DNA of 63,931 nucleotides, the filler included, from Bigelowiella natans CCMP2755 (taxonomy: Eukaryota > Protista > Cercozoa), in NCBI GenBank assembly GCA_000320545.1. It is 5 parts of 5 records of this genome, joined end to end, with 100 filler letters (N's around TTAATTAATTAA, not from the genome) between each part and the next. Parts side by side here need not be neighbours in the genome. Positions count along the whole stretch, not along the records: positions 21,355 to 33,396 come from ADNK01003450.1; positions 33,497 to 61,274 come from ADNK01000254.1; 3 more parts are not named here. The stretch is one strand, 5' to 3'. The notes beneath the pieces are model-generated. The model searched no databases, was not told where the DNA came from, and saw only the letters and a program-made list of their open reading frames with translations. The stretch's first letter is position 1. Each line of letters opens with the position of its first letter. Both the position numbers and the translations under genes were made by a program. Shown piece after piece: positions 25,880 through 39,893 of the stretch.

Positions 25880-27653
25880 ATTGTGTGTGTGTGTGTGTGT
25901 GCGCGCGCGCGCGCGTGTGTAGCGAATAGTTGTCTGATGAGCTAATGTCTCACGTTGCTGACACGCACCGAACTCTGCGTGCTTTCAAAGGTGGGCTCAC
26001 TGGCCGCTGGCTACGATTTGCGGCGCAAAACTGCGATTTCAGAGTGCCTCTTAACGCTGCCCGGTAGGGGTGGATCGTTCGATTGACCCATTTTATCATC
26101 ACATGGCAACTCGCGATTTCAACCGACACTGCATTTTACGAATTCCAACCAAACATTGGCTTTTAGACGCCCATCGCGGCCGCATCTTATCGCTGCCTCT
26201 TCACCCGGTGTAATCTCGTTTGCTCGTACATTAGGAAAAATCCTGACCTCCTCGATAAGCTACTCCTTCAGGATTTCGAGGCGACCAAATCAAAGTAAGA
26301 CGCCTTCATAATACACGCTCACCGCGTGTAGAAGACTAGCCTTTTCAGAGAGAACCTTTCCCAGACACAAAGCAGCCTTTGCGTATGGAATGGAGGCGGG
26401 AGTTGTAGTAGTTTTCGGTGCAATTTTCTACCACGCGCGCGAGCCCTTTTTCCTTTTGCGTCTTCCCCTTCGGTGTTCCGATCTTTGCGTTTCTTTGCCC
26501 TCCCCCTCTTCTTCGCATCAGGCTGCTACCGCACAAGGTGCGCCACGACTGGGAGCAGGGCGAGAACGCGGCAGATCACAAGGGAGGTTCGTCTGGAAAC
26601 AACGCCTCTTCTGGCGATGCGAAAACGGTAGGAATACCGATTTTAACAGTTTCGCTTGAGTTGTGTTTATCCGCGCCGCGCCTTACCTCTTTGGTGAAAA
26701 ATGCATAAATTGGTATACTAGGTTGAGGGACGAGTGCTGGCCGCTGGCGAGTGGAAAGGTTCTCCTCACGCAAAGACACCAACACGCGGCTAGAACCCTA
26801 TCGCATAGTTGTAGTGAGGTGTGAGCGGCTCGGCGGCGCGGTAATAGCACGTGCTGCAGCAGTGATCCCATTGGGCAAATTAACGCAGGAAAGGAGCCGC
26901 ACGACATCAGAGACGACATCAAGAAGACGTTCGAAGAGGCCTTCAACCTCATTGATGACAACGGAAATGGTGAGAAAAAGCAGGGTGGCGATGATGACGA
27001 TGATGGCATGCGACCGGCGAGGGTGGTGACTGATGGTTTATCGGCACGTGTTTCTTTGTAACAATCGCTCAGGCTACATTACACCTGATGAGCTCATGAA
27101 ACACTACGACAAGATTCGCTCCCTAGGCTTCGGTAAGGCACGCTGCCATTCAAAACAACTCTCTTTGAGCGTGAGGCAAGCTGCGCACACGGCTTTTGAT
27201 AAAAAGCGCTTGTAAGGTGGTCTCACTTGGAACGTGTGTTGTACTTTCGCGTGCTGTTTGAAAAAAAGGCTCGGAGCTCGAGAAGGACATGCACCAGGAC
27301 GTGCTCGCCGACTTCACGCGGATGGATACGGACAAAGATTTCAGAGTGAGCTGCCAGGAATATCTGGATTTCTTTGTCCAACGAGGTGAGCAGGATTTCC
27401 CTCGTAAAACTACTCCGAGCGTTTGTTTTGGTTGTGTTGTTTCCTCCCCCCAAACTTCGTGGAGAAGATGCGTTCTTCGTAGATCTGAATAGGGGAAAGG
27501 CCGTAGCTGACGACCTGGGGTTTGCATTGTCTTTGTAATACGCTACCAGGGCATATTGCGACAGATCGGGCGGATTGGTTGAAGAAGGAAGGAAAGGTTA
27601 TATGAGTTTTAATGCATAATAATGTTACATAAATAATAAATTATATATAAATA

Positions 27654-27696
<43 letters not shown>

Positions 27697-27851
27697 TATA
27701 TGATCTAGCTCAGTTCTCATCGCGTTTTGGAATCGTTGAGCATATTGCTTTGGAAAATGTTTTGCAGGTGCGAAAGTCCCTTGGACTTGCACCCATCGTA
27801 CGCCCACCAGAGGTGGAGGGGCTTGACGGTGAGGACGATATTTACGGTTAA
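21403..27851 (+). CDS. Tandem CbbX/SpoVK/EccA-family AAA+ ATPase with two C-terminal EF-hands; 5' end lost in gap
   Basis: AAA1: GQTPAKV..ARGGVLFIDEAY..VMIFAGY..FLRANEGIARR. AAA2: VVGCRSIKEQI..HMIFSGPPGTGKT..AKGGVMFIDEAYSL..FIFAGY..NPGLERR. EF-hands DDNGNGYITPDE and DTDKDFRVSCQE. Stop at 27851. Confidence 0.85.
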
Positions 27852-28719
27852 TCAATGACCATGCGTCTATTTGGCATGGGATGACAAGGCATCTGTGCAG
27901 AACAGAGAAATATTTCGTCAGGTTTCTACGCAGGTAGTAGCCCGCAACATAGACGAGAAGTTTGGCATGTTTTTCCGTGTTCGTATATTTTTCCCTCGTA
28001 GCATCAATTCCACGGTTTCATCAAGACGAGAAGAGTGAGCTTTGTCAAGCTGCTCGGCGCGCGATGCAATGCTAGCATCCATGCAGTCATCTAGTCATGT
28101 GCCCAGCAAACTGCGCGCTGCGTCGCTCGATGGATGTAGCAAAACTCACGCGTTATGAAGGTGATAGGCTAGCAGGGAACGATACATCGATAGATGACTT
28201 TTAAAAAAGAACTCGTCGAAGCTCGATGTGTATTACGTGGCGCTGGCGGTCAAAAGTACCTTATGGCAATGCGCAGCAGTGCATGCAATGGCAATACGTA
28301 GCAGTGTGACGGCAACGTACACGCAGCAAGCACAACACAGCTAGACAGCACGCGAAACAATTGCTTTTTCGTTATTGCCGGATCGACTTATTCGATTTGA
28401 TTGCCAAGCTATTATTTTTCTTTAAAAGCGAGCCAGAAGTGCTTTGCAATTATATTTGCTACAAGCGCTGCAGCATTCTACCATTCTAGAACACTGTGTG
28501 TTCAATCACAAGCGCTCACGCACACAGCAGGCATTTGCATGCATGCACATGCATGCAGCTCATCAGTATATCACGTGAATCTGGTGCTATTACATCGAAC
28601 CGTCTTTGTTGATTATAGACATGTAATATCATTATGTTGAAAGGAACATAAACTTTGTTTGCTACATGCCAACCGCACGCGACAGACCGCGCTTTCGATA
28701 CATACGGTTCTCCTGCTTT

Positions 28720-29025
28720 TCAAGCGACGCATTGGCCTCTTTCCTTGTCGTTGCACAGGTGCTTGTGGGCTTTAACGCACTCGATCTGATAGCAGATGAT
28801 TGTGCAGTTGTTTATGGCCTCAGCGAATCATTGGGGTTGAACGTGCGTACGTATTTGTTTGTTTGTGTGTGTGTGTGTGTGTGTGCAGGAGAGGGGAGGG
28901 GGGGAAGATAATAGCGAAAACGTTCTACAGTGCCCCCACCAATGTACTTCCTTGGAAGGTCGTGTGCGAAATGCCATGCCTCGTGCATATCTCCTGTGCA
29001 ATTTTTTAAAACACCACCATCACCA

Positions 29026-29059
<34 letters not shown>

Positions 29060-29951
29060 CACCAACGCGGAAATATCAGCATCCCTTTGCGAACAAACGC
29101 ACGTCTGGGGAGAGAATGGAAAACGAGAGGTCAGAACGTATTCACGGTGTGCCGCCTATCATCGATCTTGGGGAATCGATAATGGCCTTTCCGACCGCTC
29201 CGCGAGATGGAGGAGAGCATTTTCTCGCTTTTGCGGCTGATCATTACTGCTTCATAGCTATAGCAACGACTCCGCTATACGCAACCTTTGCCGTTTTCAG
29301 TATCCCCGAATTCGTGTTCGTCTGATAGAGAAGCAGACGCACGGCATGAGGAAACGCACCAGTTGAATGCATGGTTCCAACGCGAGCACGGCATGTGCAA
29401 GCAGGCAAGAGAGAATCGAGGAAGCAGAAGTCCAAACACAAACAGCCTACACCCCCCGCCACCGTGACAGCATGTATCACCGTTAGAAGGTGTGCAGAGA
29501 GGGCGATCTTCCCCGAAGTCAACGTCCTAACAAACCAGCAGCCTCTCATTCAGAACAAAGAGGAAAACAGCGCACCGGCCAAGCAGCTGAAACACCAAGA
29601 AAACAACGAATACACGCCTGGGCGGTTTTGCCCGACTTTGACACGTATTCTCCATTCTGTCTAATGACCCTGAAAAGCACGCTACGGTGCAATATTTCTC
29701 GGGGAAACTTCGCAGGTTCACTACTACAACGCGAGCGAGTGTTGCACGTGCAGGTTTGGGCTGCAGACGGCCCCGAAAAACGTTTCTACGATCACTGTCT
29801 CTCCCCTCGGCCCTCATCATCGCCCTTCCGTAGTAGCTCTCACGAAAATGCAAACAAATAGTACCAGCAGTGGAAACAATGAATGCCCACGATGGTTGGC
29901 ATGGCCATGAGCTTTTCTCGGATCACCTAGATGATAATATGAATTGCTCAA

Positions 29952-29994
<43 letters not shown>

Positions 29995-30334
29995 CAAGCC
30001 GCCATGGTAGTGACGCCGGAGGATGATTAGTCAAAATGCCATCAAGACGGCGACGATGCCGACAATGGCGATGACTACAGCAGTGAGAAACACACGGCTA
30101 TCGTACAAACATTAAAAGAGTCATTTCTCAAATCATTGCTAAACCGCATAAACACAGGATCAGAATGCTGGTCGGCTCCATAATAAAGGAAAGACCCCGA
30201 CTATGGCGACGACATTCGCAGACAATATCTCTATGTTTCGCAGCAGCTTCACATAACTTCAGGGAAAAATTCAATTGCTTTCCGCGTACAGCATTACAGC
30301 ATGATGCACGTTCATGTATATAAATTGGGACGAG

Positions 30335-30394
<60 letters not shown>

Positions 30395-30495
30395 GAGAAA
30401 AAACCAAAGCAAATCCAAGTCATTTAATCTGTTTACCCCTGCATTTCGAGGAGCCCCCTCCATCAATATATGCACCTATCATCATATACATAAGC

Positions 30496-30544
<49 letters not shown>

Positions 30545-30739
30545 ATATCACACGGCCAACTCACCTGGCTCCGAACTGCATTAAACGTCGTACAGAGAAC
30601 GATAAGAGCAAACACGAGAGTGCAGATGGGGTCAACGACGCGCATCTCTGGATTATATCTCTACGGCGAGAGGAGGGGGGGGAGGGGAGGGGAGGAGAAA
30701 ATGTTATTCTTAGGGAGTAGACTACTATTTAATATGCAG

Positions 30740-30774
<35 letters not shown>

Positions 30775-31084
30775 ATTAGTGAGTGTCAATACCACACAAT
30801 GGCAGCCGCAATCGTGACTCCCACGTTCAGTACGCACAGACAGACACATACACACACACACACCCACACCGATATAGAATCCGTGCGCGCGCGCGCGCAT
30901 GTGTGCGCGCAGGCGGAGCCATACATGCAGCGCCCGCGCCCTTCGCCTCTCCCGCGTGTGCGAGTCGCGGGCCGAACACTTACACGCACCCACACTCTCT
31001 CTCGCATATTCTCACCTTCTCTATAATATATTTTTTTATTATAATACATATATATATACACACACACATATGTATATATATATA

Positions 31085-31128
<44 letters not shown>

Positions 31129-31387
31129 TATGCTGTTAATCATATCTAAATTTCATATAGTTACATAATATATTATCGAAAAGGTCAGTAGATGCGAAAG
31201 TCCCTGATGCTGCTGTCAAACGTTCCGCACGCAACTACTACACGCGGCAGCGGCAATGGGGTCGGTAGCAACCTGTATCCCTCCGCCTTCGCGCACACCT
31301 CCTATCAGGACGGCAAGGAAACATTAACATTATGGCTGTGCGTGCGTAGATGATGACGATGATGATGATTATAAATTATACATATAT

Positions 31388-31425
<38 letters not shown>

Positions 31426-33049
31426 GGTTTCTTTACAATGTGACAAGGAAAAACTTATTCAAGCGGAAACCATAATCCATGCGCGTGCACACACAATCAC
31501 ACACACACAAAGACACACACACGGAGAGAGAGAGGGGGGGGGGAGGGGGGTAAGGGGAGGAGAGATGCAAGTAGACACCATGTGCATGCCCGTGATGTGC
31601 GCCATGGGAGTCGTCGCTATGGCTTCGATCTGAGAGCAGCGGCACCACCCAACAACAACAACAAGCAAACAACAAACGATACACGACAACAGCAACAACA
31701 ACAACAAGAAGAACAAGGGCAATTCAGAGTCTTTTTTCAAACTCATCATGCCTACCCTACCAAAAAGAAACGAAGGCAGTGGAAGGAGCGAGGGCGCGGC
31801 GGGGTGATAACAATAGACTATATTAACCAATGTGACACGACACGTTACCCCTCTCGATATCCGCCTCGACGCTTTGCTTTGCGTCTGATGTCTTTCCATG
31901 ACCATGCCCATGGCCATGGTGACTGCCGTGCTCTTGATGATCCTCCTCATGGTGGGGGTGGTGATGATCGTCGTGATGATGATCGTCGTGATGATGTTCA
32001 TCGTGATGGTGCCCCTCATCATCACTATGGCCACCTGCATTATGGGAAGAACCTCAGTCAGAAATGCTAGCAGCAATTCAAAGCAGAGCACGCGTGCGGG
32101 TATGTGCACGAGTGTACAGCGTTCTCATTCGTATTTGCGTGAGGATGAAACAGATACCGTTACTGAGCGCAAACGTATGCTCGCCCCCACCCCCTGTTCA
32201 CACCCAAGGGCAAAACCAAGAAGGAAAAAACAGAGAAGGGTGAAGAAGAGTACAGCCAATGTCGAGTAGTTATAACGAGAGAGAGAGAGTGGCTAACGAA
32301 TGGCCGTCGTGAGCATTTGCGATTGTTTTGGTTAAGAATAGCAGTAGGGAGGAGGGTCAAGTCCTCATGCGTGGCATAATACGCAGCTGATGGTGATGAT
32401 AATGGTGATAGCGAAGACGACGACGATGACGATGATGATGATGATGATGATGATGATGACGATGAAAGACCGTGTGAGTGCCCATGAGCGTGCGGAATGC
32501 CCCCGAGCACATACGCCTATAAAACAATCGTATTTCATGAGTGATGTCTGGCATTTGTGAGCGTCGCTCTAAATGCCTGTGTCCAATGGGGAGGGGGTGG
32601 GAGGGGAGGGAAGGCGGGGAGATATAAATGCACGTGTTGTTAGAATCGTATCTAAATCCATCCATGGCGATTTGCAAGGAGAATGATTCGGATTCGTTAA
32701 GATGACTGACCATCGAGACGTTCACTATGAGCCCTGAGAGAAAACCAGCGAATCCATATTCATATTGGGTTTGTTTACTTTTGCATTAGCGCACGATCAC
32801 AATTGCCATCATCATCATCATCGTCATCATCGTCATCATCGTCATCATCGTCATCATCGTCATCATCGTCATCATCATCATGCATCGTGTGCAGCATGGC
32901 AAAACGCACACACGCATCAATGTCGTATTAAAGCGTTTGTTCGTAACCGAAGGTGGCAATGATGAACATCAGCTTTCCTGTGATCAACCAACAGCAAGCA
33001 CAATATCGTCGTCAATATTACATAAATAATAAAGCTCAATACAATATTC

Positions 33050-33081
<32 letters not shown>

Positions 33082-33270
33082 CTCTATAGATCTTCACACG
33101 TTCGCACACGCATTCGACCCTCAACGACACGCCCCAACTTCACCTCCTCATGCATAGAAGGAAGAACGCAATTGACGCGGAAAAGCTACTACTACTACTA
33201 CTATTACTACTACTACTACATCTACTGCTAGTAGTACCGTTGACGTCAGTCGGGTTCATCAATCGCCTGA
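28720..33270 (-). CDS. Cation diffusion facilitator (SLC30/ZnT/MTP1-like zinc transporter), many small exons; 5' end in gap
   Basis: Exons RLMNPTDVNG|KLMFIIATFG|LIVNVSM|AYVLGGIPHAHGHSH, a long His/Asp loop, TIAAAIVW, VDPICTLVFALIVLCTT, HILMEGAP, IHCFHCW|TLTSGKIALSAHL, HGISHTTFQ|IEC. The TM5 HxxxD exon was not resolved. Confidence 0.85.
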
Positions 33271-33396
33271 GAATACGATTTGGTGAGAAGCGCATTTACC
33301 AAAACAGCCAAGGCACAGGTGCCTTTTGTGTGGGCGATACGTGTACAGAACGTGTTCTCTGCTAACTCCTCCACCCCCCCCCCCCTAAAAAATATA

Positions 33397-33496
33397 NNNN
33401 NNNNNNNNNNNNNNNNNNNNNNNNNNNNNNNNNNNNNNNNTTAATTAATTAANNNNNNNNNNNNNNNNNNNNNNNNNNNNNNNNNNNNNNNNNNNN
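33397..33496. other. Artificial assembly spacer
   Basis: N44-TTAATTAATTAA-N44. Confidence 0.97.
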
Positions 33497-33639
33497 TAAA
33501 ATAGTTATTTTTTGGGATTTAACTTTTCATTTTGTTTTAACCTTTTTCACAATTGGGGCCCCGGGGGTGGGGGGGGGTGGGGGGGGGGGTGTTTTTTTTT
33601 TTCCCCCCCCCCCCCCCCCCCCCTTCTCTCTCCCTCTCT

Positions 33640-33858
33640 CGCTTATTTCACTCTCCTGGTTCTTGCCTCTACACTTTAGTTTTCCCCCCTGTGGCTAGTT
33701 GATGGTGGTGGTGGATGTGGAGAGGAGGAAGAGGACGTTGCTGTTAGGGTAAGGGGGGGGGGGAGGGGGGGGTAGAAGCTCAATTTGATTTGCGATTGTA
33801 ACCTATGCATGATAGGACGCTATCAGTGTACCTGCTGCTTCGATGTGAGGACGATGTC

Positions 33859-33889
<31 letters not shown>

Positions 33890-34648
33890 GCTATTGTTGC
33901 TATGGTTGCTGTGGAGAAGCAATGTCGGATTGGAAGAAGTAGCTGCAGCTGGGTTGATCTGGTAGGAGTGAGAGCGGACGATTTGGTAGCTTGGCGTAAG
34001 GCCTGTATGAGTGAGAAGAGAGAACATCACGATATGTTGTTGGTGACTCCTTGTTAGTTACCATCGGATTCACAATCCTCCCCCCTCCCCCTCCTTCACA
34101 TCCCAACAGCTTCTTCATCGCCAATTCCATCTCCTGTTCCTCTTCCCCCCCCCCCCGGCAGAAACCTCTAATGAGCTCCAAGCTGACGATCCATTCCTCC
34201 ATTTCCTGTCGTGATGAAGCTCGTAGCCAGTACGTCTATTGTGTTGGAGAAAGGGGTATACACGATGAATATCAACGGTGCCTCAAGAACATAAAGATGT
34301 TTGCGCAATCTCTCACTCATATACTTCTTCATCATCATCATCATCATCACCGCCACCTCGCCATGAAACACAAACGAAGCACTACTACTACTACCTTTCT
34401 CTTGGAGTTCTTCGATTTCGCCCCATCGGCATTCTGCGGCAAAGTAATCACGTAATCAGCAAACGCCCATCAAAAACGAAGACTCGTCGTCGGAAAAGGA
34501 TGATATGACATGTGCGCATGAACTGAGATCTCCCGTTTATTCTCGATTTATCTACCTTAATGCAGAAAACAAAGAGCTTTCCCTTCACGCCTTCTTCGTC
34601 AGCTTCCACCTGAGAAACAACCAGTGGTAAAGATGAAGAATACACGAG

Positions 34649-34697
<49 letters not shown>

Positions 34698-35476
34698 AGG
34701 GGGGTTGGAGCGGGTGGATACTAGTTCTACTGCTATTTTTCCTCGTGTTTCGGTCGTTGCAGCTATTAACTACTACCTTAATGTCTGGCCCACCGAGGTC
34801 AATATAGCCCTGCTCTGTTTTGTCCGTTGGCGCCTGGTATGGAAGAAGAACAATAAAGAGAAGACGACGACGAAGATGGTGCACAAAACATCTCCCTCTC
34901 TCTCTCTCTCTCTCGCTCTCTCTCATTCACTGATCTTCCCCCCCTCCCCCTACCCACCAAGCCCCGGTTCTACTTCCCCCCTGCTGTTGTTCGCTACCCT
35001 GAGCCAGAGAAGGCGAGGCGGCGACGCTTCTATCCGAAAGTATCTTTACAGCAAAACAGAAGTTGTTATCGATCGATCAAAGTGTGGTTGTGATTGCCCA
35101 AGAATGGATGATACATCATCATCATCATCAACTACTACTAGTAGTAGTACTACTACTACTACCGTTGTTGCCAAGATCCGCCTGTGAGCTTGCCTCCTAG
35201 CTTCTTCAGCCATCTACGCCGTCATAATAATAATAATACCAACAACATCAACCACCAAACAACCAACCCCATCAGTTCTTTCATGTCGCATCATCGCATC
35301 ATCACATCATCACATCATCCAAGGAACTCGTCTTGGATTTGACTGCTATGCCCTAGGGTAAAATTCAACGAACGCTAAAGCGAAAATGATTGTTTCTTCT
35401 TCTTCTTCATGCATATGAGTTCTACTACTTTACTATTTACTACAAAAAGCTACAACTACTACTGCTGCTGCTACTG

Positions 35477-35507
<31 letters not shown>

Positions 35508-37176
35508 TGTGTGTGTGTGACTGATGATTTTATACCCCTCTTGGCGATCGATGAGATCCATTCTGCTGGAAGAGCTGCTGTTCTTGTGCGAGCTGGTATT
35601 CAGTCCCGAGTGTAGGTATGGGGATTATTATTGATGAGCGACAAATAAGAAGGGGGGGGGAAGGCGAGTGAGTTGTAAAAACACACACACACACACACAC
35701 ATGGATTATGATACATACATAGGTTAGCACCCACCTAACGACAATATCTCCGGACGGAAGGTTGTTAAGGTTCACATCAGACACGCTCTATCACGGTGTG
35801 AGCATTAACAACAGAGGATATATCAATGTTCAGTATTTTATGCAAATGGAAGGACATTAAATAAACTGTGATTTGCGGGGTTTTCGGGGCTCAATAATCA
35901 GCCTCAATGTCTCATCAATGACTTCGTCGGCACGGGAGAATCATCCTGATTTTCGTCATCAAGAGTTCACGATTTCGTGTTTCTATTCGATACTTTCCGT
36001 TTAAAGAAGATTCGCAAATTTGGTATCCCGTTTTCAACACGTCTCCTCCTCCACCACCACCACCACCACCGCCACAACTCCCGCTGTGCTTAATTCAGGC
36101 GATTATCACCTGGATGGCATCTGCCCATATTTTCCGTACATCCTGAGTATAACATCATACAACAGGTATGAGTATAACGGCTGTCGCGTGTGTGCATATG
36201 CGCGTAAAATACATATGATTGGTAAAACTCTGTACTGTTTGTCCATATGATATATTCACACAGTGCATATGTAGACATAGAAATGGAAAATAGGTAGGCA
36301 TTTGATGAAAATTAACACTGTGCTGAGATCGTCGAGGGTCTCTCTGGTATTCATTGTAGAAAAAGTATTTGCAGTATCACCGCGTCGGGGGCATCGAGGA
36401 CGTATCTTCTCGCGTCTTTATGCAGAGATTGGATGATGAAAGGAAACCGCGACTCTGAGATGGTGCGTGAAATATTGAACAATGGAGTCGTCGGCAGCGA
36501 GAAATCTCAAGGAGAGCAACACGTGTGTCCCAACAAGCACGGCAGTGTGCTACGCACTGTCCTCAAGCAGGGAGATAATAGAGGTAGAAGAACATCGTCG
36601 TGGTCATCATCATTTCTCGTGATTGTCGTCCATACCTTGAAATGAGCTAGCATCTTCGATCGTAACCTTATTTTGATGTGCCAGTTTTGCAATTAGGACA
36701 AAACAGCATCATGGTGATTGATAACACCAATACTTCCTTATGTTTGTTGTGTGTGCTTGCGTTGAAGTGATATGATATGTGACACCTTTGCGCCTTGCGA
36801 GAGGGGGATTTTATCCAGATATTTCACGTCATCTTTCTTCGCGTAGTATAAAATGGCGTGGGACTAAATGTATAGTTATCATCTTGTTGAGCGCACAAGA
36901 AATGAGCAACCTCAAACAAGACTCACACTGTAGTCATGAAACGAAAACAATCACTTATTTTCATCACTTTCTTTCAAGGTCTGTTCGGCACAAGAAGCAA
37001 ACATTCAATATATCCTCTCCCAAACAACAAAAGGAAAGGGGGGGGGGGGGGAGAAAACAAGAAACGATATAATCACACATCATCAAGTGAGCAGCACAAG
37101 CAACACGACGATGACCTGGAGAACGAAGTAGCGTTCTTTAAACTTTTTATTATTTTGCCCCTGGGACGAACACACG

Positions 37177-37208
<32 letters not shown>

Positions 37209-39148
37209 CATGCACACGTTGTATCAAATCGGTCATCTATGCACACTTATTTCCTACTATGGGTCGTTCCTTCTTATCGCTTATATATATATTATCAGCA
37301 CCGTTTTCTTGAGAAATCCTTCTAGAATTGACGTGGCCCTGGTGAGAAGAGAGTTTCAAGGGAAAGTGGAGGAAGGAGTATGCTTAAGGCGTGTGTGTGT
37401 ATGTGTGCGGATGCGTGTGCGTTTGATTCTAATTCTCCGATCACACTTCATCACACAACACGTCTTCATCGTCACAATTTTCATGATTATTCTCATTTTC
37501 CTCATCATCATCCCTATCAATATCATTCTACTTCTGCTACTCACCCTTTCTGCGTGTGCACAGTGCCGTGAAAGTTGACTGCAGCAACCTGCTCAGTTTA
37601 GAAGGAAGGAGGAGAGGAAATTGTACGGCGTACAAATGGATATCTTGGCATAGTTTTCAACATCAATATCATCATCATCATCATGTTCTTAATGGCAAAT
37701 TCGCACCTCACTGAGAGCTTCTGCCCAATCTCCTTGCTCTGACTCCGACCCGCAACGAAGCGTTATCATCCTAAGAACACAAGAATTGATTCATAAGAAG
37801 TGATTCATAAGAAGAACATCTAACAACAAAAATCCTCGAAAAACATCCATGATATTCTATAACAAGGTCCTGGCCACAACCGTTCATACTGACAAGGAAT
37901 TAAGTTCCAGGGGTCACATCACTGTACTGCCCCTCCCCATCCTTCATACAAATGGCATACGCAACGAACAGCGATAATAGTTGTTGTAAATGAACCTCGA
38001 AGCTCCTTTGGGTGCAATGCCGATAACGTATGGATGGCCACAGTCCTGCATTTCCATCATCATTCATTATCAATCATCAACGTCAATAACGACGACACCG
38101 ACGGCAAACTGCATGGGCTGGCCTGTTATCATAGCATCTCGTCTACTCCCTTAATAATCCCCCCCCTCCTCTTCTCCGAGCTGCAATCACCTGTTGGTCC
38201 AACTTTACTACCCGTGCTCCATAAAGAATGTACTCGCCCTAAGAGTTATTTGGATGATCGTGTGAATAAAAGAACACAGGGAACAACATGGCCTTTTACA
38301 ATGCAAAAGAAAAATAATGCAAGTTCGTAGAGACATTACGAACGACGCTCATTGCGCACATAAGTAGATTCGTTTCTCTATGTCGAGCAATAGAAAAAAT
38401 CATCATGCATTTTCTTGCGATATTTCGGTTACTATTTATTGCAGTTGCATTTACTCTCTTTCTAAAATCATGTTCCACTATTATTAAACACTCCTCCCCT
38501 CGGTGATCCCCGCCGTACTTTGAAGGCCTTCGTTTTCTCCTTAAACCATGAGGATGTCCTCTGCACCGGAATCGGCTTGTCCGCATAGTATCGTAGCTTG
38601 CCGTTTGACGTTAGAACATAGTACCTGGTTCAAAAGAGCGGCGGTATTGCTATGTGGACTTGTTTGCTTTTATGGAAAAATCTTCTTTGGTAAAATGTGC
38701 CGATCATATCAAAATGAGCTTTATTTCCCTGATTCTCTCTATGTTTCTAAACCAATACCAGGTTCTACCCATCGACCTCAACACTATATACATGTGTGCA
38801 TAGTTCCACATATACACACACAAATATACGTGCACATAAAAAGTTTGTGTACATTTCTATAAGTTTGTACTCATGCGTGGCTACGTGTATATTACATCTA
38901 ACATCAATAAAAATACAAATACATATCCATCCTATAATTCTTAGCTTCTCACGACTTCTGACACTTGCTCGTTTACTCAGAGTTACAGACACGACGAACC
39001 TTCGGTCCCACTTAATCCTCAATTTATTCAACTTGAGCAGATATCTGACAGCAAAAATAAAACAAAATCAAATCGATATGATTCTACATCCAAGGCACGA
39101 CTCATCTTTTTTATACCCTTCTTTCACCACATCCCTCTGCGCCATCAT
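33640..39148 (-). CDS. Protein with three tandem PH domains; 3' end runs into gap
   Basis: PH1: MMAQRDVVKEG|YLLKLNKLRIKWDRRFVV..MITLRCGSESEQGDWAEAL. PH2: ILEGFLKKT|GQNNKKFKERYFVL..ILYYAKKDD..RRYVLDAPT. PH3: EG|WLKKLGGKLTGGSWQQR|YF..QGYIDL..TYWLRASSRQEMEEWIVSL. Confidence 0.8.
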
Positions 39149-39893
39149 GTTCGGGGGGCTATCGATACTCGTGGCTTGTGCGCCTGATTTGTACGGGTTG
39201 TGTGAAGGGATTATTGGTCGACATGTCCCTGCGACAACATGATTTTACGTTCGTAACATTGTGATGTATTCTCCTTTCTCCCCACATAAAAAGGCACTAA
39301 GTGCTCGTGTCAGAAAGGAAACCACAAGTAGTGCACAAGCAGCCAGCCTTGCCACTGGATTTTTTTCCCCTTCACATTTCCCTGCATCAATTTTTGTTCA
39401 ATACCATCTCCGTTTGAGCTCTCCTCCATAGCTCAAATAGGATCGTAGGCAGCTACCATTGAATCCCCCATTAGAGTCCCATCGTCACCATTCACAGCAG
39501 GTCATCAGAGCAGTCAGTTATTACCGTTGTTTGAACGAATGCTCACAGTGGCCACATGCAGCTGCGACATGGAATTATTTGTTGTCGCGATATCTCAGAA
39601 CCCTCCATTTCGAGTCGCTACCTGAATTTTTCCTTCTCTCTTGCCGAGGGCCGGAGGTGCGATTTTCGTCCTAGTGCGCTAGCCCTGTTTGGATTGTCGC
39701 AGGATATTTTTCCTCGGTAATTTCCGAGTTCGGCGCGGAAACAGAAAGCATTCTCTATCTAGCCGAAAGCATGTAGGAAATAGTGGGGTGATGAAGGAGA
39801 GAGTTGGAGGGGAAAGATTAGACAACAAAGCTACGATATATTCTGTGTATATTCTGATCTGGATAATAATACCACCAGTGCCGCAGGAGGAGG

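Noticed and set aside
22300-31500. Many ORFs with CVCVCV, YIYIYI, ERERER, HTHTHT, poly-M/poly-L
   Set aside because: Translations of intronic microsatellites, seen throughout the window.
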